Positions 7,817 through 19,092 of a stretch of DNA of 48,358 bases are shown piece by piece. The position numbers and the translations under genes are program-made. Under the pieces are notes generated by a model. It was not told the origin of the DNA. It did no database searches and saw nothing but the letters and a program-made list of their open reading frames with translations. Each line of letters opens with the position of its first letter. Position 1 is the first letter of the stretch. The stretch lies in NCBI GenBank assembly GCA_020725385.1, contig DYFC01000053.1, positions 1 to 48,358 of the forward strand, read 5' to 3'. Source of the stretch: Nitrospira japonica (GTDB taxonomy: Bacteria; Nitrospirota; Thermodesulfovibrionia; Thermodesulfovibrionales; SM23-35).

Positions 7817-9258
7817 GAGATTTCAATAAATTTATAAAACTTTTCACACAGTTTTTATGTCTTGCTTCTATAGATATAGCTGCCTTTTACGTTTCACTCT
7901 TAATTTCATGGATTGCAAGAGCAGTTATAATGCCTTATTTTTTCACCGAACTCCCCTTTTTCCATTTTTCATTTCTTTATTTTGTTTCGCTCTGGTGGGT
8001 ACCTGCGGTTTTTATTTTTTTTATATTTTATGAATCACTGTACGATAAGAATCTTCCTTTCTGGGATGAAACAAAATATATAGTTCGTGCTGTCTCACTT
8101 GCAAGTATAGCTCTAATGGCAATTGTAACTCTTGGCAAAATGGGAGATATGGTATCACGTATTGTACTTCTTGGCATATGGATAAATTCATTGTTTGTTT
8201 TTCCTCTATTCAGATTATGGGGCAAACATCTTCTGCATCGAAGAGGAATATGCATTGAAAAGGTTTTAATAATCGGAGCTGGTAATGCGGGTAAACTTGT
8301 ACTTGCCGGCCTACATAGAGAAAAGCATATGGGATATGATGTTATAGGATTTCTCGATGATGATGAGAAAAAAATAGGACAAATTATTCATGGAAAAAAA
8401 GTCTTTGGTAAAATTACGGAATTCCCTGAAATTATTAAAAAATTCGGAATCGAGACTGTTATTATTGCTATCCCTTCGCTACCTGCAGAAAAATTATCCG
8501 GCATTACAGCAGAAGTACAAAACAGCGCTGTGAATACAATGGTTATTCCGGACCTCAGGGGCGTAGCTTTGCTGAATACAGATCTTTTCCATCTTTTTAC
8601 AGAAGAACTTTTTTTAATGCATATAAGAAATAATCTAAAATCATTAACAAATAGATTTATAAAAAGATTGTTCGATATAGTTGCAAGCATTCTATTCTTG
8701 CCTGTTCTATTACCGATGGTAGGTATAATATCCTTATTAATAAAGCTTGGCACACCGGGATATGCTATTTATGCTCATAATAGAATAGGTGAAGGTGGTA
8801 AATTATTTAAATGTTACAAATTCAGGACAATGCATATTGATGCAGAAGAAAAACTTCAGGAATTATTAAACAAAGATGAGGCCATGCGGGCTGAATGGGA
8901 AAGCAATTGGAAGTTAAAGGACGACCCGAGAGTAACTGATATTGGAAAATTCTTAAGGAAAACATCTCTTGATGAATTACCCCAGATATTTAATGTCTTG
9001 AAGGGTGAAATGAGTCTTGTTGGACCAAGACCGTATCTTCCACGAGAAAAAGATGATATAGCAGATAACTTTAGCATAATAACAAGCGCAAAACCCGGGA
9101 TTACAGGATTATGGCAGGTATCTGGTAGAAGCGAGACAGGGTATCGTTACAGAATAAAGCTTGACACCTGGTATGTCATGAACTGGTCTCTATGGCTCGA
9201 TATTGTGATTATGCTAAGAACAATTAAAGTGGTTCTTAAGGCTGAAGGGGCGTACTAA
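7813..9258 (+). CDS. wbaP: Undecaprenyl-phosphate hexose-1-phosphate transferase (WbaP-type)
   Basis: N-terminal TM helices, IIGAG Rossmann-like segment, KFRTM, DDPRVT, LRKTSLDELPQ, MSLVGPRP and PGITGLWQVSGR. Confidence 0.9.
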   Translation: MRDFNKFIKLFTQFLCLASIDIAAFYVSLLISWIARAVIMPYFFTELPFFHFSFLYFVSLWWVPAVFIFFIFYESLYDKNLPFWDETKYIVRAVSLASIALMAIVTLGKMGDMVSRIVLLGIWINSLFVFPLFRLWGKHLLHRRGICIEKVLIIGAGNAGKLVLAGLHREKHMGYDVIGFLDDDEKKIGQIIHGKKVFGKITEFPEIIKKFGIETVIIAIPSLPAEKLSGITAEVQNSAVNTMVIPDLRGVALLNTDLFHLFTEELFLMHIRNNLKSLTNRFIKRLFDIVASILFLPVLLPMVGIISLLIKLGTPGYAIYAHNRIGEGGKLFKCYKFRTMHIDAEEKLQELLNKDEAMRAEWESNWKLKDDPRVTDIGKFLRKTSLDELPQIFNVLKGEMSLVGPRPYLPREKDDIADNFSIITSAKPGITGLWQVSGRSETGYRYRIKLDTWYVMNWSLWLDIVIMLRTIKVVLKAEGAY

Positions 9259-9259
9259 A

Positions 9260-9311
9260 AGCGAAGAGCATAGAGCGAAGAGCATAGAGCGAAGAGCATA
9301 GAGCAAAGAGC
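9260..9311. repeat. Tandem repeat (AGCGAAGAGCATAG)x3 plus a partial variant
   Basis: Three exact 14-bp units (9260-9301) then AGCAAAGAGC; fills the gap between convergent stop codons. Confidence 0.95.
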
Positions 9312-11803
9312 TAAGGCGTTTCTGAGATAATCTTTGCGATTGTATTAGTCAATTCTTCAATAGAGTAAGGTTTCATTACCACACCTTTGAATCCATGCTC
9401 TGAATAATTAGCCATTACCGGATCATCCGAATATCCACTTGAAACAACTGCTTTTGCTGAAGGGTCAAAATCAAGAATATTTCTTATTGCTTCTTTTCCA
9501 CCCATCCCCCCCGGTACTGTAAGGTCAAGTATCAAAATATCATGGGGGTTACCGGATTCTTTTGCTGCTTTATAAATCTCAATTGCTTCAACTCCATCAG
9601 AAGCTGTATCTACTTCATATCCAACTTTTCTAAGTAGTCTGCATACAAAATCTTTTAAAATATCCTCATCATCCATTAGCAATATCCTGCCTTTGCCAAC
9701 CGGGCAAAACGGGGGTTGCTTTTGTTCAGATATAATTTTTGGTTCACAGGCAGGAAGATAGACAGTAAAGATAGAGCCTTCCCCTTCTTCTGATTCAACT
9801 TTTATATATCCTTTATGTTTCTGAATAATATGGTAGGCAATAGTAAGTCCAAGACCGCTTCCTTTTTTTCTTGTAGTAAAATAAGGATCAAATATCTTGC
9901 TTAAATTCTCGGGTGTTATTCCTGTTCCTTCATCGGAAATAATAATTTTGACATATTTTCCGTCTTCGAGTGGAGGTTTTTCATCCTGCGGAATAATAAC
10001 ATTTTCAGCAGAAATTCTCACAGTTCCTCCATCCGGCATGGATTGCATAGCATTGATTATAATATTATTGAACACCTGATTAATCTGTCCTTCATCAGCT
10101 TCAATAAATAATGATTCATCTCCCATCATGAATCCGCATCTGACATTTGAGCCACTAAGTACAAGCTTCGCAGAATCCCTTAGAAGTTTTGAAACATTAA
10201 TTATTTTCTTTACAGGTTCGCCTCCTTTTGAAAAAGTCATTAGCATCTGGGTTAATGCCCTGGCCCTATGAGATGCTTCCTCTGCCATAATAAGAGGCTG
10301 ATAAATATCGCTGTCAGGTTCTGTGAATAGTTTTATATAACTGATATTTCCAAGTATAGCTGTCAATATATTATTGAAATCATGAGCAATACCACCTGCG
10401 AGTATTCCGATTGATTCGAGTTTCTGCATCTTAAGACGTTCATCTTCCATCTTTTTTCTTTCGGTAATATCAACATAAACCTGTGCAACAAGCCATTCAC
10501 CATTCTTTTCCTGAAAAGGAATAGAGGTAACCTGAACGGATCTATTACCTTCTTTTATTAAAATCTTTTCTGTTACAACAGTCGATTTCGTTTCAAAAGC
10601 TTTCTTAAGTCCGCAATCAGGACATATTTCGTTTGAATTCATAAAATATTCATAGCATTTTTTCCCATAATATTCCCCGTATATTTTTTGCCACTCGGGA
10701 TCAATATATCTAACCGTATATCCTGAATCAATAATATCAAGTCCTGTTTTTGTTGCACCAAGAACGAATTCCATTCGCTGTTTGAGTAATCTTATTTCTT
10801 CCTCCGAACGCCTCTGTTCCGTAATATCCTGTCCGATTGACTGTATTTCGAGAATATTCCCCTTGTTATCAAACAGCGCTCTATCCCGCCACCTTTGCCA
10901 TCTTATAAGTCCGGAAGGGCTGAAAACTTCATGTTCCATAGTGATTATAGGATTATCTATATTTAATAACTGCATGCTATTTTTTATATTTTCATGAAAA
11001 TTAGAAGGTATTAAATTAAGAAAACTTGTTCCTATAAGTTTTTCTGGAGCAGTATTAAAATATTTTGCATATGCTTCATTTACAAAAGTAATCGTAGTAT
11101 CGGGTTTATAACGGCATATTAAATCAGGGATATCCTCAACAATTCTTTTATATCTCTCTTTAGTTTTCTGCAGTTCATCTTCAATCTGTTTGCGTAGGGT
11201 AATGTCCTTAAAATCTTCTACAATTCCTATAATTTCACCATTATTATTATGTAAAGGCGTTGCTGTTACAATACAGGAAATTTTTTTATCGCCTTGACCG
11301 ATCTTTTCCGATTCATACTCTACACGATTTTCTCCATTTAATATTTTATTCATCGGGCAATCAATCGTATGACATTGAGGTCCCGGGAATATTTCATAAC
11401 ATTTCCTTCCTACAGTATCATCCTCCTTTGCTCCAACAATTGATAAAAAAGTTTTATTAACCTTTATCGTATTGAATTCCCGGTCAATTACCCTCATACC
11501 ATCGGCAGAAGTTTGAAATATCTGGTTAAGTTCTTCAAATGCATATCTTAATGCCTCTTCTGCTTTCTTTCTTTCATTTATATGCAGCCTCATCGGCCTG
11601 AATAAAAAATAATAAAGCACAATTGTTCCTGTTGATGTCAATAAAACAGCGTCAAGTAACAACTCTTCGGCAACAGATAAACGCAAGTCAAGAAAATAGA
11701 TTAAATACATTATCAGGACTTCAAGAGCAAAAAATGAAACAGCAGTTATTAAAAGTAACTGGAAAGGCTTGTTAAGAAATGTTGGTTCTTTTTTAAAAGT
11801 CAT
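9311..11803 (-). CDS. Membrane-anchored multi-PAS hybrid sensor histidine kinase with C-terminal receiver
   Basis: 2 TM segments, 3 PAS/PAC units, H-box AGGIAHDFNNIL, DEGTG, FDPYFTT, GSGLGL, receiver LLMDDE..LDLTVPG..KP. Confidence 0.93.
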   Translation of the reverse strand: MTFKKEPTFLNKPFQLLLITAVSFFALEVLIMYLIYFLDLRLSVAEELLLDAVLLTSTGTIVLYYFLFRPMRLHINERKKAEEALRYAFEELNQIFQTSADGMRVIDREFNTIKVNKTFLSIVGAKEDDTVGRKCYEIFPGPQCHTIDCPMNKILNGENRVEYESEKIGQGDKKISCIVTATPLHNNNGEIIGIVEDFKDITLRKQIEDELQKTKERYKRIVEDIPDLICRYKPDTTITFVNEAYAKYFNTAPEKLIGTSFLNLIPSNFHENIKNSMQLLNIDNPIITMEHEVFSPSGLIRWQRWRDRALFDNKGNILEIQSIGQDITEQRRSEEEIRLLKQRMEFVLGATKTGLDIIDSGYTVRYIDPEWQKIYGEYYGKKCYEYFMNSNEICPDCGLKKAFETKSTVVTEKILIKEGNRSVQVTSIPFQEKNGEWLVAQVYVDITERKKMEDERLKMQKLESIGILAGGIAHDFNNILTAILGNISYIKLFTEPDSDIYQPLIMAEEASHRARALTQMLMTFSKGGEPVKKIINVSKLLRDSAKLVLSGSNVRCGFMMGDESLFIEADEGQINQVFNNIIINAMQSMPDGGTVRISAENVIIPQDEKPPLEDGKYVKIIISDEGTGITPENLSKIFDPYFTTRKKGSGLGLTIAYHIIQKHKGYIKVESEEGEGSIFTVYLPACEPKIISEQKQPPFCPVGKGRILLMDDEDILKDFVCRLLRKVGYEVDTASDGVEAIEIYKAAKESGNPHDILILDLTVPGGMGGKEAIRNILDFDPSAKAVVSSGYSDDPVMANYSEHGFKGVVMKPYSIEELTNTIAKIISETP

Positions 11804-12014
11804 TTATAACATTATATAAAAATCTTAATTTTATGATCTTTAAATGCTTTATATTTCCCCTCGGGGTTTCTGCTTCCTCTATACAACATTTTCTATATAT
11901 TTTTCTTTAAATGTTATCATATTAATATTTTATCTATCAATTGTAATTTTCATCTTATTAGATAAACACAAACTCTTTTAATAAAGCATTTCACGGTGAA
12001 TTCTGAAAACTTTA

Positions 12015-12041
12015 AGATTTCTCGCCTCGCTCGAAATGACA
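12015..12041 (-). repeat. REP-like short palindromic element (TGTCATTTCGAGCGAGGCGAGAAATCT)
   Basis: GC-rich 27-mer in an AT-rich intergenic region, resembling the GTCATTxCGAGCGxAGCGAGxAATC repeat type; single copy in the window. Confidence 0.5.
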
Positions 12042-12155
12042 ATGAAGAAGATTTAGGAGTATAGTCGCCTGAGGAATCTTGCCTTTGTTTCACTGTGTAT
12101 TTCTGCTTTTAATAAAATTCATATGCTTTAATATCTGGCAATGTGCTAAAATAAA

Positions 12156-13562
12156 ATGTTTATGTTTTACGACATACATGAAGAATGTGGAGTTTTCGGG
12201 ATATTCGGTCATCCTGAAGCTGCAAATTTAACCTATCTTGGCCTTTACGCACTTCAGCATAGGGGTCAGGAAGGAGCCGGTATTTGTTCCTCTGACGGAC
12301 GTCAGCTATATCTTGAAAAATCAATGGGCCTTGTTGCTGATGTATTCAGTGAGAAAAGGCTAAGAAGACTGCCCGGGTATATTGCAATAGGTCATAATAG
12401 ATATTCAACAGCAGGAAGCAGTGTTCTTAAGAATGTCCAGCCAATTGTTGCAAATTTTGCTTTGGGTTCACTCGCCATTGCACATAATGGCAATCTCGTA
12501 ACAGCTACTGAATTAAGGTCCCAACTTGAAGCAGAAGGCGCAATCTTTCAATCATCATCCGACAGTGAAGTAATTGTTCATCTTATTGCCCATTCTAAAG
12601 GAACCGATATTTATGAAAGAATAGCACATGCTATAACACAGATAAGCGGTTCTTTCAGTCTTCTTATACTCAGGGAAAAAGAGTTGATAGCTGCCCGTGA
12701 TCCCTTTGGTGTAAGACCTTTAAGTCTTGGTATGAAAGACGGCGCCTATGTTATAGCTTCAGAAACATGCGCTTTTGACCTTATTGGAGCTACGTATATA
12801 CGCGACATAGAACCGGGTGAAATATTGATTATCAATGAACAGGGACTTGAATCACTTAAAATTTTTCATAATCAGAGGAGAGCTTACTGCGTATTTGAGT
12901 TTATCTACTTCGCAAGGCCTGATAGCAATATTTTTGGCGGAATAAATGTAAATGAAATGAGAAAAGAATTTGGAAGACAGCTTGCCAGAGAATCAAAAAT
13001 AGAAGCTGACCTTGTAATACCGGTACCCGACTCAGGAGTGCCTGCTGCAATTGGTTTTTCAGAAGAATCGAAAATACCTTTTGACTTTGGATTAATCAGA
13101 AATCATTATGTTGGCAGAACATTTATAGAACCAAAACACAGCATCAGACATTTTGGAGTGAAAATAAAACTCAATCCTGTAAGAAAATTACTTGAAGGCA
13201 AAAGATTGATCGTTATTGATGATTCAATAGTCAGAGGAACTACAAGTAAAAAAATTGTAAAGATGCTCAGGGAAGGCGGAGGTGCTAAAGAGATTCATCT
13301 TAAGATAAGCTCACCGCCAACAATCGGGCCATGTTTTTATGGTATCGATACTCCAACACGAAGAGAATTAATCGCATCCACACACCTTCTTGATGAAATC
13401 AAAAAGTATGTAACAGCAGATACACTCTCATATCTAAGCCTTGAAGGACTAAAGAAAATCGTTCCTGATTCAAAAAATTATTGTACAGCATGTTTCGATT
13501 GTAATTATCCGATAAACTTCCCGGGAGAGCATCTTAAACAAATGGAATTTCTTTTCAGATAA
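12156..13562 (+). CDS. purF: Amidophosphoribosyltransferase (propeptide and Fe-S type)
   Basis: EE|[44 protein letters not shown] and YCTAC motifs. The start may be 12162. Confidence 0.97.
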   Translation: MFMFYDIHEECGVFGIFGHPEAANLTYLGLYALQHRGQEGAGICSSDGRQLYLEKSMGLVADVFSEKRLRRLPGYIAIGHNRYSTAGSSVLKNVQPIVANFALGSLAIAHNGNLVTATELRSQLEAEGAIFQSSSDSEVIVHLIAHSKGTDIYERIAHAITQISGSFSLLILREKELIAARDPFGVRPLSLGMKDGAYVIASETCAFDLIGATYIRDIEPGEILIINEQGLESLKIFHNQRRAYCVFEFIYFARPDSNIFGGINVNEMRKEFGRQLARESKIEADLVIPVPDSGVPAAIGFSEESKIPFDFGLIRNHYVGRTFIEPKHSIRHFGVKIKLNPVRKLLEGKRLIVIDDSIVRGTTSKKIVKMLREGGGAKEIHLKISSPPTIGPCFYGIDTPTRRELIASTHLLDEIKKYVTADTLSYLSLEGLKKIVPDSKNYCTACFDCNYPINFPGEHLKQMEFLFR

Positions 13563-13569
13563 AATTACT

Positions 13570-14694
13570 TTGTTAGACGCTATCAAAAATATATTCAAAA
13601 TAAATCTCGGTGTTAAAAAAACCGAAAGAGTTCTTGTTTTTACAGACAGGGTTAAAGAAACAGATAACCACGATGAATCAGACTTTGAAAGAAGAGAGAA
13701 GCTAAGATGTCTGGCAATTATTATTGCTGAAGCTGGAAAAGCTTTTTGTAAAGAGGTCCTTTTTCATGAATATCCCGCACTTTTAAGTCATGGTTCGGAA
13801 CCACCCAGGGAAATCTGGGAACTTGCTTTTGGTAAAAATATAGTATCCCTACTTGAAAAAAATAATCTTCTACACCCCATTTTAAACAAAAAAACTGACA
13901 GCACTATTTTAAAACAGGCTGAAGAAATTATTGCCAAAAACAAAAAAAATGCTGTTAATTGCATAATAGCCCTTTCAAATTACTCAACGAGCCACACAAG
14001 ATTTAGAGGTTTTATCACAGGAATTTGCGGTTGCAGATATGCAAGCATGCCATTATTTGAAGTATCAATGCTTGAAGGAGCCATGAATGTTGATTGGAAA
14101 GCTCTTGAACATCGAACACTGAAATTAGCTAAAATTGTTAATCAGGCAGAAAATATTGAAATAAGAACACCTAACGGTACGAATTTGTATTTATCGAAAA
14201 AAGGCAGAAAAGCTCTTGCGGATACAGGGATTTTGACTAAGAAAGGAGCATTCAGTAATCTTCCCGCAGGTGAGGTTTTTCTTGCTCCTGTTGAAGGCAG
14301 TGCTTATGGAGAACTTATACTTGAATGGGCGCCTACAAGACAACTAAAATCTACTATTTCATTAAAAATTGAAAAAGGAAATGTTGTTAAAATATCAGGG
14401 GAAGAGGAATACGTTAAGTATCTTGAAAAAAAGTTTGAAGAAAACTACTTTAACAGAAATATTGCAGAACTCGGTATTGGGACAAACAACTCTGCAAAAA
14501 GACCCGATAATATACTTGAGTCAGAAAAAATACTTGGAACTATACATATAGCGCTTGGCGATAATAGTTCTTTCGGAGGCAAAATCAGCACTCCTTTTCA
14601 CCAGGATTTTGTTTTTTTCAAACCTACTGTTAGACTTATCTATAAAGATGGAAGCAGAAAAGAAATTTTAAAAAATGGCAAACTTTTAATATAA
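13570..14694 (+). CDS. Aminopeptidase, M29/aminopeptidase T-like
   Basis: NLPAGEVFLAP, NIAELGIGTN, ESEKILGTIHIALGDN and FHQD motifs; TTG start. Confidence 0.85.
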   Translation: MLDAIKNIFKINLGVKKTERVLVFTDRVKETDNHDESDFERREKLRCLAIIIAEAGKAFCKEVLFHEYPALLSHGSEPPREIWELAFGKNIVSLLEKNNLLHPILNKKTDSTILKQAEEIIAKNKKNAVNCIIALSNYSTSHTRFRGFITGICGCRYASMPLFEVSMLEGAMNVDWKALEHRTLKLAKIVNQAENIEIRTPNGTNLYLSKKGRKALADTGILTKKGAFSNLPAGEVFLAPVEGSAYGELILEWAPTRQLKSTISLKIEKGNVVKISGEEEYVKYLEKKFEENYFNRNIAELGIGTNNSAKRPDNILESEKILGTIHIALGDNSSFGGKISTPFHQDFVFFKPTVRLIYKDGSRKEILKNGKLLI

Positions 14695-14705
14695 ACAGGG
14701 GAATA

Positions 14706-16583
14706 ATGCGTCATATAATTCTTGGAACAGCAGGACATATTGATCATGGCAAAAGCTCATTGGTAAAAGCGCTCACAGGTATAGACCCTGACAGACTTAA
14801 GGAAGAAAGAGAAAGAGGTATAACCATTGATCTTGGGTTTGCAGACCTTGTCTATCCAGACGGTCTTACTGTTGGTATTGTAGATGTTCCGGGACATGAA
14901 AGGCTTATTAAAAATATGCTTGCAGGTGCAGGCGGAATTGACCTCGTTATGCTTGTCATTGCTGCGGATGAAGGGATAATGCCCCAGAGTAAAGAGCATT
15001 TGCAAATTTGTAATTTACTCAAAATAAAATCAGGGTTAATAGCAATCACAAAAGCAGACCTTGTAGAATCAGACTGGCTCGAACTGGTTGCAGAAGATAC
15101 AAAAGAATTTGTAAAAGGTACTTTTCTTGAAGGTGCTGAAATTGTGCCTGTTTCTTCAAAAAGCATGTTTAATATTGAACTGCTTAAAGAGAAAATTAGA
15201 GATGTTGCCTTAAAAGTTGAACCAAAACCTGTTAAAGGGTTATTCAGGTTACCAATTGATAGGGTTTTTACATTAAAAGGATTTGGAACAGTTGTCACCG
15301 GAACTGCTATTCTTGGCAGTATCTCGGTTGATAATGATATTGAAATACTACCAAGTAATATAAAAAGCAAAGTGCGCGGATTGCATAGTCATGGGAAAGC
15401 TATTAATACCGCATATGCAGGACAGAGAGTGGCAATAAATCTACAGGGTGTTGATAAAGACTCCATCCAAAGGGGAGATGTTGTGGTAATCCCCGGAAAA
15501 CTTGTACCAACAAGTAAAATAGATGCAAAAATAGAACTTCTTTCTGATGCACCTATCTTAAAAACACGCGGTCTCGTACATTTCCATCTCGGGACATCGG
15601 AAACAACAGCACGTGTAATTCTTTTCGGCCAGAACGAATTAAAGCCAGGGGAAAGTTGTTACGGACAATTCAGGCTTTCCTCCCCTGTTGTTGCAATGTC
15701 AGGTGATCGATATATTATAAGAAGGTTTTCACCCCTTGAAACAATGGGCGGTGGTGAAGTACTTGACCCTTTATCTTTTAGAAGAAGTTTCAGAGAAGGT
15801 GTAGATGATCTTAAAATTTTTGAGACAGGAAGTCTCGCTGATAAGATTTCTGTAAAAATCAAAAGAGCAGGCACTTTTGGAATTAAAACTTCAACAATAG
15901 AAGGATGGATAAAAGAAGAAATACCTTCTATTAGAGAAGCTATAAAATATTTAAAAGAAAAAAACATTATTTTACAATTTGAAGATATACTCATTCATAG
16001 AACAATTTTCGATTCTTTTAAAAACAATACAATTCAGCAACTAAGCGAATTCCATAAGGCAAATCCATTAAAATCAGGAATGTCAAAAGAAGAGCTAAGA
16101 ATAAAATTAAATATAGAACCCCGTCTTTTTGGAAACTTAATCAGCACACTAAATGAGATAGCTATAGAAAAAGAACTTGTTCGTCTTAATAATTTTAAAG
16201 TAGCTTTATCCGACAAAGATGAATCCCTTCAGTCTAAGATTATTCAATTGTTGGAAAAAAACGAGTTTCAGCCACCATTAAAAGATGAAATCTCTCAGGC
16301 GCTTAAAATAGATTCAAGAAGGCTTCAAGATATATTGAAACTTATGACTAACGAAGGCAAATTGGTCAGAATCAGCGATACAATATATATATCATCGAAA
16401 GCTTATGAAAAGATTGTAGAAAAATTAAAGAAGTTTTTCAGTAAAAAATCTGAAATGACAGTTGCTGAATTCAGAGATGTACTTAATACAACAAGAAAAT
16501 ACGCGCTTCCCTTTCTTGAATACCTTGATTCCCATAATGTTACATTGAGAGTCGGTGATATTAGAAAACTTCTTTCCAGATAA
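14706..16583 (+). CDS. selB: Selenocysteine-specific elongation factor
   Basis: [32 protein letters not shown]-terminal winged helix [14 protein letters not shown]. Confidence 0.97.
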   Translation: MRHIILGTAGHIDHGKSSLVKALTGIDPDRLKEERERGITIDLGFADLVYPDGLTVGIVDVPGHERLIKNMLAGAGGIDLVMLVIAADEGIMPQSKEHLQICNLLKIKSGLIAITKADLVESDWLELVAEDTKEFVKGTFLEGAEIVPVSSKSMFNIELLKEKIRDVALKVEPKPVKGLFRLPIDRVFTLKGFGTVVTGTAILGSISVDNDIEILPSNIKSKVRGLHSHGKAINTAYAGQRVAINLQGVDKDSIQRGDVVVIPGKLVPTSKIDAKIELLSDAPILKTRGLVHFHLGTSETTARVILFGQNELKPGESCYGQFRLSSPVVAMSGDRYIIRRFSPLETMGGGEVLDPLSFRRSFREGVDDLKIFETGSLADKISVKIKRAGTFGIKTSTIEGWIKEEIPSIREAIKYLKEKNIILQFEDILIHRTIFDSFKNNTIQQLSEFHKANPLKSGMSKEELRIKLNIEPRLFGNLISTLNEIAIEKELVRLNNFKVALSDKDESLQSKIIQLLEKNEFQPPLKDEISQALKIDSRRLQDILKLMTNEGKLVRISDTIYISSKAYEKIVEKLKKFFSKKSEMTVAEFRDVLNTTRKYALPFLEYLDSHNVTLRVGDIRKLLSR

Positions 16584-16691
16584 TCTATTCGTATTATAAT
16601 CCTTGGCCATTGGTCTTTTATCTGTCGTCTATCATCTACAATCTGTTTCCGAAATAATTTTTTTAAAGAAAATTGTACTATAATAATCACT

Positions 16692-17435
16692 ATGAAATCA
16701 GAGTTTGTTAATTTCGGGAATGTTAGTAATATAGATGATGCGATTCTTCTTGAAAATATTAAGAATATTTTTAGGAAAATCTCTTCTGCAGCGATCAGAT
16801 CCGGAAGAAACCCTTTTGATGTTAAATTAATAGCTGCAACAAAAACAGTCTCACCCGAAAGAATTAAAACTGCTGTTGAACTTGGATTGCGTGATATTGG
16901 TGAAAACAGGGTTCAGGAAGCTAAGGGAAAAATAGCTTACTGTAAAACCAATTGTGCTGATTGTAATATTGAGTGGCACATGATCGGACATCTTCAAAAA
17001 AATAAAGCAAAAATCGCGGTTGAATTATTTGACCATATACATTCACTCGATTCAATTGAGCTTGCCGATCTAATTAACAAATATGCTGAAAAAGCAGGCA
17101 AGATACAAAAAGTTCTTATTGAGGTAAAATTATCAGAAGAGGCAACAAAATATGGAGTCAGCAGAGAAAATCTTTTTGCTTTGATTGAACATGTATATAA
17201 AATGCCCAATCTCAAACTTGAAGGACTGATGACAATTCCACCTTATTTTGAGAATCCCCAACTAAGTCAACCCTATTACAGACATTTAAGATATTTAAGG
17301 GATGAAGCTGAAAAAAAAGGATTCAAGTTGCCTGAGCTTTCTATGGGCATGACCAATGACTTTGAGATTGCAATTCTCGAAGGCGCAACAATGGTAAGGA
17401 TTGGAACCGGAATTTTTGGACAAAGAAAAAAATAA
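16692..17435 (+). CDS. yggS: Pyridoxal phosphate homeostasis protein (YggS)
   Basis: [39 protein letters not shown] and VRIGTGIFG motifs. Confidence 0.95.
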   Translation: MKSEFVNFGNVSNIDDAILLENIKNIFRKISSAAIRSGRNPFDVKLIAATKTVSPERIKTAVELGLRDIGENRVQEAKGKIAYCKTNCADCNIEWHMIGHLQKNKAKIAVELFDHIHSLDSIELADLINKYAEKAGKIQKVLIEVKLSEEATKYGVSRENLFALIEHVYKMPNLKLEGLMTIPPYFENPQLSQPYYRHLRYLRDEAEKKGFKLPELSMGMTNDFEIAILEGATMVRIGTGIFGQRKK

Positions 17436-17501
17436 TTTATTTGATAGAGTTAAAAGGTTATTTTGATTTAAAATATTGTATTTCAATATATCGGAGGTTA
17501 T

Positions 17502-18290
17502 ATGATTGGCTTTATAGGTGGCGGTAATATGGCCGAGGCAATGATAAAGGGGATGATACAGAATAATATGAAAGATATAACTGTATCCGAACCACGTTCT
17601 GAAAGACGTGTTCATCTTGAGAAAAATTACAATGTTGTAACAACACATGATAATATTGCTTTAGTCAATAAATGCAACATTATTATACTTGCGGTTAAGC
17701 CACAGAATATGGATGAAGTTACTTCAGAGATAGCCGAACATATAACGCCTGAAAAATTCATAATCTCTATAGCAGCAGGTATAACCCTGTCATATCTCAC
17801 ATCAAAACTTAAGACTTCAAAAATAATTAGAGTAATGCCAAACACACCTGCTCTTGTCCAGGAAGGAATGTCTGTACTTTCATTATGCGAATGTTTTCCC
17901 GATGTTGAAATGACTTTTATTCGTGGTATTTTTATGTCAATAGGGAAAGTTATGGTACTGCCTGAAAAATATATGGACGCTGTAACAGCACTTTCTGGAA
18001 GCGGTCCGGGTTTTTTAGCTTTTATTATTGAAAAATTTATTGATGCAGGTGTAAAAGCAGGACTTAGTAAAGATGCAGCAACAGAGCTTGCGATACAAAC
18101 TTTTATTGGAACAGCAAAATTACTTGAAACAGGAATGCCTCCTTCAAAATTAAGAGAAATGGTAACATCACCGGGCGGGACGACGGCTGCCGGGTTAAAA
18201 GTATTTGAAGAAAAAGGTCTTCAGAATTTAATTGATTCTGTGATTCTTGCTGCAGTAGAAAGATCAAAAGAATTGGGGAGAAAAGGATAA
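17502..18290 (+). CDS. proC: Pyrroline-5-carboxylate reductase
   Basis: IGFIGGGNMA, LAVKPQ, RVMPNTP, ALSGSGPG and VTSPGGTT motifs. Confidence 0.96.
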   Translation: MIGFIGGGNMAEAMIKGMIQNNMKDITVSEPRSERRVHLEKNYNVVTTHDNIALVNKCNIIILAVKPQNMDEVTSEIAEHITPEKFIISIAAGITLSYLTSKLKTSKIIRVMPNTPALVQEGMSVLSLCECFPDVEMTFIRGIFMSIGKVMVLPEKYMDAVTALSGSGPGFLAFIIEKFIDAGVKAGLSKDAATELAIQTFIGTAKLLETGMPPSKLREMVTSPGGTTAAGLKVFEEKGLQNLIDSVILAAVERSKELGRKG

Positions 18291-18604
18291 TGTTTGTTTT
18301 CAGTAATTTTTTATTTGCTGCTGCAAAAATTCTTGATGTTATATTAACAATTTATATGTGGATTATAATCATACGTGCGTTGTTAAGCTGGGTAAATCCC
18401 GATCCTTATAATCCCATTGTCAGGTTTTTAAATTCAGTAACAGACCCGGTTCTTTGGCCTATAAGAAAAGCTATTGGTTACAGGCTTGGACCGATTGATA
18501 TTTCTCCAATGATTGTAATTCTTGCAATCCTGTTTTTAAAGTATTTTGTTGTTCAGTCATTAATTGATTTTGCCTATAAATTGAAAGGAGGCATTGGTTT
18601 ATGA
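18290..18604 (+). CDS. yggT: YggT family membrane protein
   Basis: RALLSWVNPDPYNPIV..TDPVL and IDISP motifs; position in the yggS-proC cluster. Confidence 0.93.
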   Translation: MFVFSNFLFAAAKILDVILTIYMWIIIIRALLSWVNPDPYNPIVRFLNSVTDPVLWPIRKAIGYRLGPIDISPMIVILAILFLKYFVVQSLIDFAYKLKGGIGL

Positions 18605-19092
18605 GAATTACTCCACTTGATATTCAACAAAAACAGTTCCCGATGAAAATAAGAGGATTCGATGTTGAAGAAGTTTATGCTTTTTTAGAGATAATCAGGG
18701 AAGAAATGGAAGATTTGCTAAGGGAAAACGCTTCTTTGAAAGAGAATATTCAAAGACTTGAAACCCAGCTAAAAGATTACAGGGATATGGAAACAACACT
18801 TCGTGAAACACTTATGACAGCACAACAGATGGTAGATGAATACAAAACAAACTCCCGCAAAGAAGCTGAACTCATTATAAAAGAAGCTGAATTAAAAGCA
18901 GATACAATTCTTAAAGAAGCTCAGGAAAAAGTTATTAAGATACATGAAGATATTGTTGACTTAAAAGGCATAAGACGCCATTTCAGAGAAGAAATTAAAA
19001 GACTTGTTGAAAGCCACCTAAAAATGCTCGAGTTTGATAGGGAACGCGAAGAAGAAACACAAACCGCTGAAGAAGGCGGTGAATCACAGTAA
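18601..19092 (+). CDS. divIVA: DivIVA domain coiled-coil protein
   Basis: MRITPLDIQQKQF...RGFDVEEV N-terminus followed by coiled coil. Confidence 0.9.
   Translation: MRITPLDIQQKQFPMKIRGFDVEEVYAFLEIIREEMEDLLRENASLKENIQRLETQLKDYRDMETTLRETLMTAQQMVDEYKTNSRKEAELIIKEAELKADTILKEAQEKVIKIHEDIVDLKGIRRHFREEIKRLVESHLKMLEFDREREEETQTAEEGGESQ

Noticed and set aside
9260-9311. Possible CRISPR array
   Set aside because: The units are contiguous 14-mers with no spacers, and no cas genes are present.
12040-12155. ZTP, PRPP or purine riboswitch upstream of purF
   Set aside because: Only a GTCGCCTG fragment resembles the ZTP 3' motif and no aptamer core is visible. The likely -10 box sits right next to the start codon.
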